DNA of 64,000 nt from a virus (taxonomy: Duplodnaviria > Caudoviricetes). Position numbers and translations under genes: made by a program. Shown here piece by piece: positions 1 through 8,755 of this stretch. The stretch is taken from IMG/VR virus record IMGVR_UViG_3300028048_000056, positions 98,086 through 162,085 of that record; one strand, written 5' to 3'. Positions within the stretch are counted from its first letter, which is position 1; every line of letters begins with the position of its first letter. The notes beneath the pieces were generated by a model. That model was not told where the DNA came from, did not search any database, and saw only the letters and a program-made list of their open reading frames with translations.

Positions 1-109
1 GTCCATAAAATTCTTTGCACTCCTTGATGCTCGACGCAACGCATTCCTGCTCCGACCACGTTTCCTCCCTGGTGTAGCGGTCTTTATACTTGAACTTGAT
101 TTTCAGCAT
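1..109 (-). CDS. hypothetical protein, runs off left edge
   Basis: ATG at 109 preceded by GGAGG; frame open to the edge (MLKIKFKYKDRYTREETW...). Confidence 0.5.
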   Translation of the reverse strand, partial: MLKIKFKYKDRYTREETWSEQECVASSIKECKEFYG

Positions 110-111
110 AA

Positions 112-282
112 TTAGCCCTCCTTGTCTGCATTCGGGTCCTGTGCTTCTACAGAAATCTTCAAACCATAGTCAGCAAACCACTCTGCCAGCATACCCTTAA
201 CAACCATTGGTACGTATTCAGCACGAACGTTCTGAGCTACGATAAGACCGTTTGCTTTGATAGTGTAGTAAAGTTCATCCAT
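112..282 (-). CDS. small hypothetical protein (56 aa, below ORF-track cutoff)
   Basis: ATG at 282 with GGAGGTG upstream; TAA at 112-114; packed tightly between neighbours. Confidence 0.55.
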   Translation of the reverse strand: MDELYYTIKANGLIVAQNVRAEYVPMVVKGMLAEWFADYGLKISVEAQDPNADKEG

Positions 283-284
283 AC

Positions 285-752
285 TCATTCACCTCCTAAC
301 AGCTTCAGGGCTTCCGCGGCATAACGCCAATTTCTCAAATCCTCTCTTATGGTACATTCTTTACAACAAGGACACCACTCAATATAAGAACAGATATTGC
401 AACTTTGTCCATTACCATCTAGATTTCTCTTGTCGCGCAGGAGTTCATGTATATCCTCAACCGCCAATTTCAGAAGCCGCTTGTACTCTTCTATCTGTTC
501 CGACTTCTTTAGAAGTTCGCCTTTCTCTTTTATCAGCCGGTCGCACTCCTGTGTCAGCACTTTGTTTTCCTCTCGCAGGTTTTTATAGTCCGATAGCCAT
601 TCTGCAAGCTGCCTGCACTCTTTTGCGCGTTGACGGCGTACTTCTGGCGGTGTAGCTTCACTGTAATAATCCATTCGTATATAATTATCAGCACATCTAT
701 CTTGTTGCTCTGCTTCGTTAAGTAGTTTCTTAATCGCTTCATCTATCATCAT
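285..752 (-). CDS. hypothetical phage protein, coiled-coil with Cys-rich C-terminus
   Basis: 155 aa ORF, GGAGGG SD, downstream of a promoter motif. Confidence 0.65.
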   Translation of the reverse strand: MMIDEAIKKLLNEAEQQDRCADNYIRMDYYSEATPPEVRRQRAKECRQLAEWLSDYKNLREENKVLTQECDRLIKEKGELLKKSEQIEEYKRLLKLAVEDIHELLRDKRNLDGNGQSCNICSYIEWCPCCKECTIREDLRNWRYAAEALKLLGGE

Positions 753-783
753 TTGCCTTAACCCTCCGATTTATTATATACAC

Positions 784-816
784 ATTATAACACATTTCGT
801 TCACGCACACGAAGTT
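784..816 (-). promoter_or_regulatory. phage promoter AACTTCG-N20-TATAAT
   Basis: one of 15 fixed-spacing copies, oriented toward the downstream gene. Confidence 0.8.
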
Positions 817-895
817 ATAAACCACGTAGCACGCTAACGCATATCACGTGGTTGTGTTTCTTGTATAACTTGTAACCACTGTAAGCAGCCTAAAG

Positions 896-930
896 AAAAA
901 CCGTAGCATACACATGGTACGCTACGGTTT
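896..930 (-). terminator. probable intrinsic terminator after the DUF932 gene
   Basis: AAACCGTAGC/GCTACGGTTT stem followed by a T-run on the minus strand. Confidence 0.55.
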
Positions 931-950
931 CTTGTACATTTATGAGTTAG

Positions 951-1871
951 TTATGCGTTTACAGTGCTTCTGATGATGTTGAGCAGTCGTGACATTGCAC
1001 CGGCGTCGAATGTAACCTGCGAGAATGTAGTCTCAGCTGAACGTTCGGTCTGCTTACGCTCTCTGTGAGTCTCGTAGTCAGTGAATGCGTTGACGAGTCC
1101 CCACGCAGTACCTGTAAAGTTAGCGTTATCAGCATCCTTGTAGCACAGATTGAGTCTGGTCTTCTTCTCGTCAAGAGCTTCCTTCTGGCGGTCTGTGATA
1201 GCCTTAGTGCTCTCAAAGAAAGCGTCGATAATCTTATTGCGGTCTGTGTCTGTAATGTGCAGCAGCGCCAGCTCTTCTGCTGTGTTCGTGAATCCCTGCA
1301 TATAGATTGCGGTGTCCTTAAGAAGCTGCTGAGCTTCTGCGATACAGGAATCGATACGAGCAGAGTGGCGAATTGAAATGGTATTGTCCATATTCTTGAA
1401 CGACATCGCGAACTGATTCTGGCATACGATTCTGAGCGGGCATATTGTTGCTCTGAGGGAGAACCATCCGTTGTGGCTTGTCTGAAAGATGACATAAGGT
1501 GTGAATGTGTCGTTGAGTATAGTGAGGCTTGGGAGCTTACCTATGATGTAGACCATACCATTGTAGGTTTCTCCTGCACGAACGAATTCGATATCAGGAA
1601 TCTCCTCCAGGAACTTGAACGCATCAGCATTCTGATAAATTTCGTAACGCTCAGATACGAGACCGATTGGTTCGCGAAGTGCAGGGCGTCCGTCAGCTGC
1701 GTCACGAGTTTTGATTGTTGCGATACGGCTGGGTACGAGAATTCCGTCGTGGAGATACACAGGCTCCTTGATGACTGTATAATCCAGATTTGCCTGCCTG
1801 AGAATTTCGTCGACGGTAGTCTGCTGAGAAACGTCTGTACCTACCTTTGTCCATGTAGCTTCTCTTGTCAT
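951..1871 (-). CDS. DUF932 / phage-plasmid-like protein
   Basis: motifs LDYTV, GLVSERYEIYQNADAF, SHNG, PLRIVCQN, IRHS, GTAWGLVNAFTDYETH. Confidence 0.85.
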   Translation of the reverse strand: MTREATWTKVGTDVSQQTTVDEILRQANLDYTVIKEPVYLHDGILVPSRIATIKTRDAADGRPALREPIGLVSERYEIYQNADAFKFLEEIPDIEFVRAGETYNGMVYIIGKLPSLTILNDTFTPYVIFQTSHNGWFSLRATICPLRIVCQNQFAMSFKNMDNTISIRHSARIDSCIAEAQQLLKDTAIYMQGFTNTAEELALLHITDTDRNKIIDAFFESTKAITDRQKEALDEKKTRLNLCYKDADNANFTGTAWGLVNAFTDYETHRERKQTERSAETTFSQVTFDAGAMSRLLNIIRSTVNA

Positions 1872-1932
1872 ATAAATACCTCCTGTTAAGTTATGGGCTC
1901 TTGTGACCCGTTGTTGTGTTTACTGTACCTAT

Positions 1933-1965
1933 ATTATAACATAACAACGGTACGAAAACGAAGTT
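1933..1965 (-). promoter_or_regulatory. phage promoter AACTTCG-N20-TATAAT
   Basis: conserved motif copy. Confidence 0.8.
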
Positions 1966-1977
1966 AATTGTAGGTAC

Positions 1978-2805
1978 TTATAGACGAATAGAATCTTGTA
2001 ATGAGCGCGCACGTGCTTCATAATTTCTCTGAAGTAATCTTCCATCATGGTAGGAGTTAGGAGACTCGCACACGATGACTGGATTAAAATCAGGGCGCTC
2101 AGGTAGGGACCTAAGGAATTGTGCAGGCTTAGGTCCCGCATCTCGAATCGAGAATGGCACGTGCTTCTTCTCACCCTTGTCAGTATACTCTAGCTTAGAA
2201 AAATGAATGTGCATACAGTTCACTTTCCATGCTGGTAATAACGCATAAAGCTGATTAAATACAGTCTCAAACTCTTCCTTGGTATTAAGGAACTTACCGA
2301 GTGTCCTGGCGTGCAGGTGTCCGAAATCGATACAAGGTATGAAATTATCAGTCAGATTGCACATACGACAGATATCCTCGATAGTACCTACCTGACTTAG
2401 CTTACCCAGATTTTCTATACAAATGAGAGAACTATCAAGAAGACCTGCATCTCTCATCTTAAACCAGAGTGACCACAGTGTCTTCCTCTGCACTTCCCAG
2501 ACTTCTTCAGGTGTACGTTCAGAATAATTCGCAGCGTGTACCACGATACGATTGGTAACGCCAGGCTGAATTTGTCGCATAATAGTTAGGTGTTTTATAA
2601 TTGTCTCGGTACTCATAAATCGAACACCAGGTTTCTTGCTTCCTATCGCAACCAGCATCGGTGAATGCATCGAAAGATAAATCCCGGTGTTTTCTTTAAG
2701 TTCACGGATTTTGGGAAGAACTGGTTCATCTAGGATTACTTCAGCTCCTTGTAATTTCCAACCTACAGTAGCATCTGTTGGATACCAATCAGCACTAAAT
2801 AGCAT
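1978..2805 (-). CDS. endonuclease IV-like (AP endonuclease family 2) TIM-barrel nuclease
   Basis: metal motifs SMHSP, IVVH, IENLGK, CIDFGHLHAR, HIHFS, GEKKH, IVCESP; start moved to ATG 2805 with GAGGG SD. Confidence 0.8.
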   Translation of the reverse strand: MLFSADWYPTDATVGWKLQGAEVILDEPVLPKIRELKENTGIYLSMHSPMLVAIGSKKPGVRFMSTETIIKHLTIMRQIQPGVTNRIVVHAANYSERTPEEVWEVQRKTLWSLWFKMRDAGLLDSSLICIENLGKLSQVGTIEDICRMCNLTDNFIPCIDFGHLHARTLGKFLNTKEEFETVFNQLYALLPAWKVNCMHIHFSKLEYTDKGEKKHVPFSIRDAGPKPAQFLRSLPERPDFNPVIVCESPNSYHDGRLLQRNYEARARSLQDSIRL

Positions 2806-2816
2806 GACTATAACCC

Positions 2817-3740
2817 TCAAGGTTCCGACTTAGCAACACCTCTAGGGAGGTCATGCTGTTCAAGGACATAGTGGCAGGTACGCGGTATTGTCAGACGAAC
2901 CTCAGGATTGTGCTGAGCGAGAAAACCTCGTCTTGTCCAGCATCTGGGACTCTTGGGGTAGAGCTTTTTCAGGTAACTGTCGAACCAAGCAGCATGACCC
3001 TCTTCAATCTTTCTACGCTCTTCAAGGTTATCGTAGATAAGACTTTTCTCACCCGCAGACTGACCGACTTCCTTACCGATGAGGAATCTATTGCGAATGC
3101 AGTGAAAACCTGCTTTAATCCAATCCAGTTGGAACATAGTATCCTCCGGCGGTTCATTCAGCTGAGCAGCAGTGTCTTTGTCGAAATATATTTCCTTACC
3201 TTGATATTTCTTGATGTTAGGTATGAACACCGCTTGTAGACTTCCATGGATTGGGTCTTTACCCATGAACCAGTGCGTCTCTCGCATAGGCCATTCATAA
3301 TTGGTTTTCTTGAACGGTTCATACATAGGTAGTATGCAGGAAATCATATAACCCTGCTTGCAGAGCTCAAGAACAGCCGGTGTGTTGAGGTCGTCGAACC
3401 AATCCTGATAACGATAATGGTCATAGAACACACGGTCATCATCAAGTAGGAAAAGCCAGTCATAATCTGAGTTGTAGAACTTCTCTAATAAGAAGTTTCG
3501 ATTTACCGCACAGGTGTGCTTATCAACCTCGATTGACTTCAGGTCAAGCGTAGTTCCGAGCTCAGCTTTTGCAGTTGGGCCCCAAGCACTCTCGACACGA
3601 TAGACCTCGAATGAGTCACGCACCTGCGTAGCGAGTCCTTCAAGCCAGCGTAACTGTTCTTGGTGAATGGGTATACGAAGTTTGCCACGGTCTGTTTCAG
3701 GCATATAGGAAATTATTCCTACCATGTAGTTTGCACTCAT
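2817..3740 (-). CDS. GT-A fold glycosyltransferase resembling DNA-base (TET/JBP-associated, GREB1-like) glycosyltransferases, paralog 1
   Basis: NRNFLL...DWLFLLDDDR and PPEDTMFQLDWIKAG; AGGAGG SD before ATG 3740. Confidence 0.65.
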   Translation of the reverse strand: MSANYMVGIISYMPETDRGKLRIPIHQEQLRWLEGLATQVRDSFEVYRVESAWGPTAKAELGTTLDLKSIEVDKHTCAVNRNFLLEKFYNSDYDWLFLLDDDRVFYDHYRYQDWFDDLNTPAVLELCKQGYMISCILPMYEPFKKTNYEWPMRETHWFMGKDPIHGSLQAVFIPNIKKYQGKEIYFDKDTAAQLNEPPEDTMFQLDWIKAGFHCIRNRFLIGKEVGQSAGEKSLIYDNLEERRKIEEGHAAWFDSYLKKLYPKSPRCWTRRGFLAQHNPEVRLTIPRTCHYVLEQHDLPRGVAKSEP

Positions 3741-3768
3741 GATATTACCTCCTTTATGGTTATATCCA

Positions 3769-3802
3769 ATTATAACATGAATGTGCGGTTGCATTCGAAG
3801 TT
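3769..3802 (-). promoter_or_regulatory. phage promoter AACTTCG-N21-TATAAT
   Basis: conserved motif copy directly upstream of glycosyltransferase 1. Confidence 0.8.
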
Positions 3803-3809
3803 CAGTCAC

Positions 3810-6266
3810 TCAGATGTTTGGATTTAGAACACCACTGGCAGCTGAAGTTCTATCAGAATAATAGGTCATGCGTCCTGTGCCAGAAGGTATCCAAGATGAC
3901 GGTGAATCGTAAATCCAACGAGCGTCAACTATACCAGCTGCATAATAGTTTTCATAGAACTGTCCGTCTTGAGGGCAACCCGTTTCACTATTATTACCGG
4001 TGGGTCCTCCACCAGCTATAATTCTCATCTTGTCGAAGTCGTCCATATCGGAAGTATATCCAGTCATCACTCCACCATACTTCAGCATATAATAGAAATT
4101 TTCTAATCCTTCTTGAGTGCCCTGGGTACGAACTGTATCTAATAAATCATGTTCATTATAGAATGTTCCGAACGACCAGGCACCGGTTTGCGGATTAAGC
4201 AACGCACGACCTTCTTCTGTCAGGTCATGAGAAAATCTGATGTAATAGCCAAGCATTAGATAGGTACGGAACATCCTAGCATACAACCAACTAACCGGAT
4301 TGTTACCATACTCTCGTATGCTTATTCCATACATAATACCTAAACCAACATTCTGACTTATATCAGCTAAGGCTGGTAATGTGCCCATGTAAAAATCTGA
4401 TAAATCTTTAGTAATATACTCAGGAAATGGTGTGTATCGATTATCTACCTGAACTCCTTCTGTATTAGTAATCTGGTCACATACCCACGCATAGATAGCC
4501 CTAGAAGCGTCAGGAAGATAATGCAAGTTATCACTGGTTAGCCAAGCAGCTCCCTTATCAAGTTCTAATTGCTTTATGTAAGCAGCTACGTCTAAGACAT
4601 GGATATTAGCTACACCAGACAATGCAGACTTTAGGTCTTCGTTGAACTGCTCAATTTCTTGGTTAAACGGACCTAAATCTTGACCAGAACCACCGTCGCA
4701 CTTACCACTACCGCTACCGTCAGGACAATGACCAACAGTACCTACAAACACCATTGCGTTATTGCCGACATTATTGGCAATCGACTTGTACACATTTGCA
4801 TAATTGCTAGCACCGGATTGTAATCCATTCACGCCCCACCAGAGGATTATGTTATGCTGAGTGCCTTCTGATTCTATTTCAGACTGCACTTCTATCAGTT
4901 TAGCTAACGCCTGACCTCCATAACCTCTACCGTCAGTGCCAGTAGCTGAAATCAGTTGAACTGTTCTAGAATCACCTGACCAGTACCAATCGGTAAATGG
5001 TGAATATATCTTACCGCTTGGAGTAGGAACAGGAGTAGGTCCTGAACCTGAATGCTTGAGATATATGCTAACCTCAGCTTGTGATATTGGAAGAGGGTCA
5101 TCAACCTGACCACGCTGAAATGATATAGGTTTCTGAGCAAAGAATATTTCGTCCAGATAGGGCTTACCATCAGGAGGATTACTGGCATAGAACAAACCTT
5201 GCATAGCAGTAGACTTTAGCTCTTCTATGTCACATAAGCTGTTAGGAGAGTCGTAGATAAACGACGAACCGACCTCGATGAATCCGATTGTATGAACGTT
5301 ACCTTGCATTAGGACTAAGGTGCTCATACGATAACACCAGATTGTCCTAATCTCGACAACCTGATTAACGGTTACATATGAATTTCTCAACTCTAACCTT
5401 AATATCTTACCAGATAAACCAGCTCGAGTAGTATCCTGTCTAAAGATTACTGCGGGACAATTCTCAATAATAATCCTGTCCGCTGTAATCTGATTTAGGT
5501 ACACAATCGAGGTGATGTCCCGCAACACCAGTATCTTAAATGTACCTGATAGACGAAGAATACCGCCGTAAAATCCTTGATACACCTTAGATTCACGTAG
5601 CATATCATTGATAGTTAGTGTACCTGTATGTGACTTTAACAGACTAGATATCAAAGATTGTGGCGGGTTTACCAATGTTTGCTCGCTTGTCGAACCAGAA
5701 AGTACATAATGAGAATCGTCATAGATAAGTCCTTCCTCATCTTTACCGATACTGACTAGATTAGGAATTACGCCGTTCAGGTTTAGAACATAATCAGAGC
5801 TCACTGAAATCCTATTGATAGCTTCTGTGTCTAGTTTTACTCGTTTTTTCAAGTCATCTAGCATATTCTCAATCTTCCCTTGCAATTCCTTGATGTATGC
5901 TAAAGACGGTACCCAGTATACAGCTACCGATGTTTTCTCGGTTAGTTCATCCGTATAACCACGCAGTATCATTTCATCAGCCTTTATTTCAACCTCTATC
6001 AAATCCTCTATATGCTTTAATTCAGATTCATCTTCCGAAAGAAATTCCAGATAGGGTATACGATTAGCCACCTCAGCAATCTGTAGATGATACTCATACC
6101 AGGTAGTATCTTCTAGAACTACTTCCTGAGCTTTATCTAGCATAAATACATCGGGATTATCATATCGATAAATTTCACCTAGATTTGTACCAGAATGTCG
6201 CAATATCCTATAGAAGTAAAGCACCTGCGTGTCTCGGTTAGACACTTGACCTAACTGATAAATCAT
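3810..6266 (-). CDS. putative virion protein (paralog family member 3) with appended SGNH/GDSL hydrolase and an unknown C-terminal domain
   Basis: N-terminus shared with the two upstream genes; PTPVPTP linker; SGNH blocks GDSRT, WGVNG, DNLHY. Confidence 0.65.
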   Translation of the reverse strand: MIYQLGQVSNRDTQVLYFYRILRHSGTNLGEIYRYDNPDVFMLDKAQEVVLEDTTWYEYHLQIAEVANRIPYLEFLSEDESELKHIEDLIEVEIKADEMILRGYTDELTEKTSVAVYWVPSLAYIKELQGKIENMLDDLKKRVKLDTEAINRISVSSDYVLNLNGVIPNLVSIGKDEEGLIYDDSHYVLSGSTSEQTLVNPPQSLISSLLKSHTGTLTINDMLRESKVYQGFYGGILRLSGTFKILVLRDITSIVYLNQITADRIIIENCPAVIFRQDTTRAGLSGKILRLELRNSYVTVNQVVEIRTIWCYRMSTLVLMQGNVHTIGFIEVGSSFIYDSPNSLCDIEELKSTAMQGLFYASNPPDGKPYLDEIFFAQKPISFQRGQVDDPLPISQAEVSIYLKHSGSGPTPVPTPSGKIYSPFTDWYWSGDSRTVQLISATGTDGRGYGGQALAKLIEVQSEIESEGTQHNIILWWGVNGLQSGASNYANVYKSIANNVGNNAMVFVGTVGHCPDGSGSGKCDGGSGQDLGPFNQEIEQFNEDLKSALSGVANIHVLDVAAYIKQLELDKGAAWLTSDNLHYLPDASRAIYAWVCDQITNTEGVQVDNRYTPFPEYITKDLSDFYMGTLPALADISQNVGLGIMYGISIREYGNNPVSWLYARMFRTYLMLGYYIRFSHDLTEEGRALLNPQTGAWSFGTFYNEHDLLDTVRTQGTQEGLENFYYMLKYGGVMTGYTSDMDDFDKMRIIAGGGPTGNNSETGCPQDGQFYENYYAAGIVDARWIYDSPSSWIPSGTGRMTYYSDRTSAASGVLNPNI

Positions 6267-7525
6267 CTGTTATCACCTCCTGATGTGATGTAGTTAGCAA
6301 CCCATTTAGAAACGTACATACCCGGCTGAGGTTCTGCATCACAATTACCTAATCTCGGTGTTAGATTTTTCTGACCTACAATCATTATATTATCAAAATC
6401 AGAAACGAAAGCACCTATGATATTATGCACATTGAAGTCAAAGACTGTATTAGAATTATCCTGATACTCGCTAAGTTGTACTCTACCAGGTACAGCTACC
6501 TGAGCACAACACCAATAGGTACACCCCGGTCCTACATAAGCTAAATCCTGAACATTCGATCTCCAGTGTCTGCACAGACTGTTCGCTTCCATTACTAATT
6601 CTTTGATAACATGAACATGGTTTTCAAGATAAACCGTACTGCCCTTGCTAATCTGCAACTTGCTAAGTCTGCAAATGTAGATTGGGTCTGTAGCAGTTAG
6701 ATGCACTTCCGGACAATCGATTACGGTAATAGTACCTATCCAATTCGTTACCAAGACCTGCCCTCTCAGATTTTTGAGTACCAAATCACCGCTACCCGAA
6801 ATAAGAATAACCGGTGCTAGGAATCCATCTAGGATATAATGGTCTTGATTGATAAAACGGAACTCTACTGACTGATTAAATATTCTTTCCATATGATTTA
6901 GATTGTCCTGCGATAGGTTAACGAACAGTCTATCACTGTCAGCGGTCATTACTCGGTATAGCGAGTCTACCAAGTCAGAGCCGGAATTATCATTCTGGAT
7001 TTTAATCAGATTTGGAATTAAACCGACAGGTCGTCTTAGGTATTTACCGGTATCTTTGAAATTCCTAATCTCATCTTCTAGCTTATCAAAATCTTTAGCT
7101 ATCTTACTCAAATCAGACAGTATATCTGTCAGCAAAGAATCGATATGTCTAAGTGAATAACACCAATATACCTGAATAGGCAACGTTTCTAGATAATTAG
7201 TAGCACTATATAGAATTATGGAAGAGTTGTCAACTTCAACATCTATAAAATCAGCAATCCACTTCCAATCTGTGCCAGCCTCCGGATGGAATTCTAGGAA
7301 AGGTACACCACCATCCTCAGGAGTTATACCGTCCAGGCGAGCTGCGTAGACTGTATCGTATCCCTCGATTTCGCGAGTGCTCAACTCCCAAGATAAGGTA
7401 GTTGCTTCTTGCTTATCACCGCCTCGGCATATTGCACTTAGATTATCAGAAGGTTCTCTAAGAATGCGGTATTCGTAGAGTAGCTGTATATTTCTATTGG
7501 TTACTGAACCAATGTCATAGAACAT
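6263..7525 (-). CDS. putative virion protein (paralog family member 2)
   Basis: NRxxxLLYxYRILR N-terminus; beta-strand-rich C-terminal half. Confidence 0.6.
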   Translation of the reverse strand: MFYDIGSVTNRNIQLLYEYRILREPSDNLSAICRGGDKQEATTLSWELSTREIEGYDTVYAARLDGITPEDGGVPFLEFHPEAGTDWKWIADFIDVEVDNSSIILYSATNYLETLPIQVYWCYSLRHIDSLLTDILSDLSKIAKDFDKLEDEIRNFKDTGKYLRRPVGLIPNLIKIQNDNSGSDLVDSLYRVMTADSDRLFVNLSQDNLNHMERIFNQSVEFRFINQDHYILDGFLAPVILISGSGDLVLKNLRGQVLVTNWIGTITVIDCPEVHLTATDPIYICRLSKLQISKGSTVYLENHVHVIKELVMEANSLCRHWRSNVQDLAYVGPGCTYWCCAQVAVPGRVQLSEYQDNSNTVFDFNVHNIIGAFVSDFDNIMIVGQKNLTPRLGNCDAEPQPGMYVSKWVANYITSGGDNR

Positions 7526-8755
7526 TTAATCACCACCTTGACGTATGTGTATATTATCAACATCAAATTCTAACAGACGTGACGGCATCAACTCAGCATC
7601 ATGTTCTCCGCTAACCTCGTCGATACGTCTACCAGCTACATATAAAGCAGTACTCTCACCTACAAGACTACACCACCAAGCTGTGCCAAGTATATGCGCA
7701 GGATTTATCGGAATAGGTTTATCCCAGCTGTAGAAGTAGCAACCGTGACCTATCAGCGTGACGTGCTTGATATTCAAACCGGTATATGTTAAGCTAGCCA
7801 CAGTCGGTACCACGATTAGTGTAGTACCACCTACGATACAGACATCGTCTACCGAACATTGATTGAGTACGACCAATGACCTGTGTGCGTGTAGATAATC
7901 ACATTGATATCCAGAACGAATAGAAACGGAATTGTCGACAGTCGTACGAAAATGCACCAGCCGACAATTCCAAAGATAAACCTTACCCGTACCGGTAACA
8001 AAGTTAATACCACTGTCTACGTCACGGATTACCCAGTTACCATTACCTTTGATATTGATAGAGAATCCTGAGAACGATTCTAGGTAGCGAGTACCGCCGT
8101 CAGTAATCGATATATTTATGCTATGCTTTAACTTTCTAGGCAATGACATTAGCAGCTCCTGACTTGGGTCTACCAGAAGTTGTGCGTCTAAAGCTGATGT
8201 TATCATATAGTCAGAATCTTGCATAGTCACTCCAGAAGTACTGTCAGCAAATTGAATTATGTTCTGGTCTCTACCAGAAATGGCAGCAATACCTTTCGGC
8301 TGATTCTTTCGGTCGTTAAACGCTTTTCGCAGTTTTTCTACGTCGAGTTCGTCTAGGGCTTCTAGATAAGCATCGATTGCCTTTCGGATGCTGTCTAAAG
8401 AACTAACCCAGTATACCCTAACTTGAACTGGTTCTGTAAATGTAGCTGACTTACCATAGATTGTAGCATCATTCAGATACAACAATGTTTCTAGGTGTTT
8501 TCTATCAGCTTCATTCTTGGTATCAAATTCTAGATATGGTATGTATCCGTCACGTATTTCTACGTCTAAGTTAAATGCGTATACCGGGTAGCCATCGTCA
8601 GTTTCCAGCTCTGTAGTCACGCCCTCGAATATTTCGGTGACTTCGGGCTCACCTGCATCGTAGATAGCTGACAAGAAGTCCGATGGCTGTCGCAATATTC
8701 TGTAATAATGCAGTAAGGACAGGTCTCGATTACTAATCTCATTCATCTGATACAT
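7526..8755 (-). CDS. putative virion protein (paralog family member 1)
   Basis: start moved to MYQMNEISNRDLSLLHYYRILR by alignment with its paralogs. Confidence 0.6.
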   Translation of the reverse strand: MYQMNEISNRDLSLLHYYRILRQPSDFLSAIYDAGEPEVTEIFEGVTTELETDDGYPVYAFNLDVEIRDGYIPYLEFDTKNEADRKHLETLLYLNDATIYGKSATFTEPVQVRVYWVSSLDSIRKAIDAYLEALDELDVEKLRKAFNDRKNQPKGIAAISGRDQNIIQFADSTSGVTMQDSDYMITSALDAQLLVDPSQELLMSLPRKLKHSINISITDGGTRYLESFSGFSINIKGNGNWVIRDVDSGINFVTGTGKVYLWNCRLVHFRTTVDNSVSIRSGYQCDYLHAHRSLVVLNQCSVDDVCIVGGTTLIVVPTVASLTYTGLNIKHVTLIGHGCYFYSWDKPIPINPAHILGTAWWCSLVGESTALYVAGRRIDEVSGEHDAELMPSRLLEFDVDNIHIRQGGD

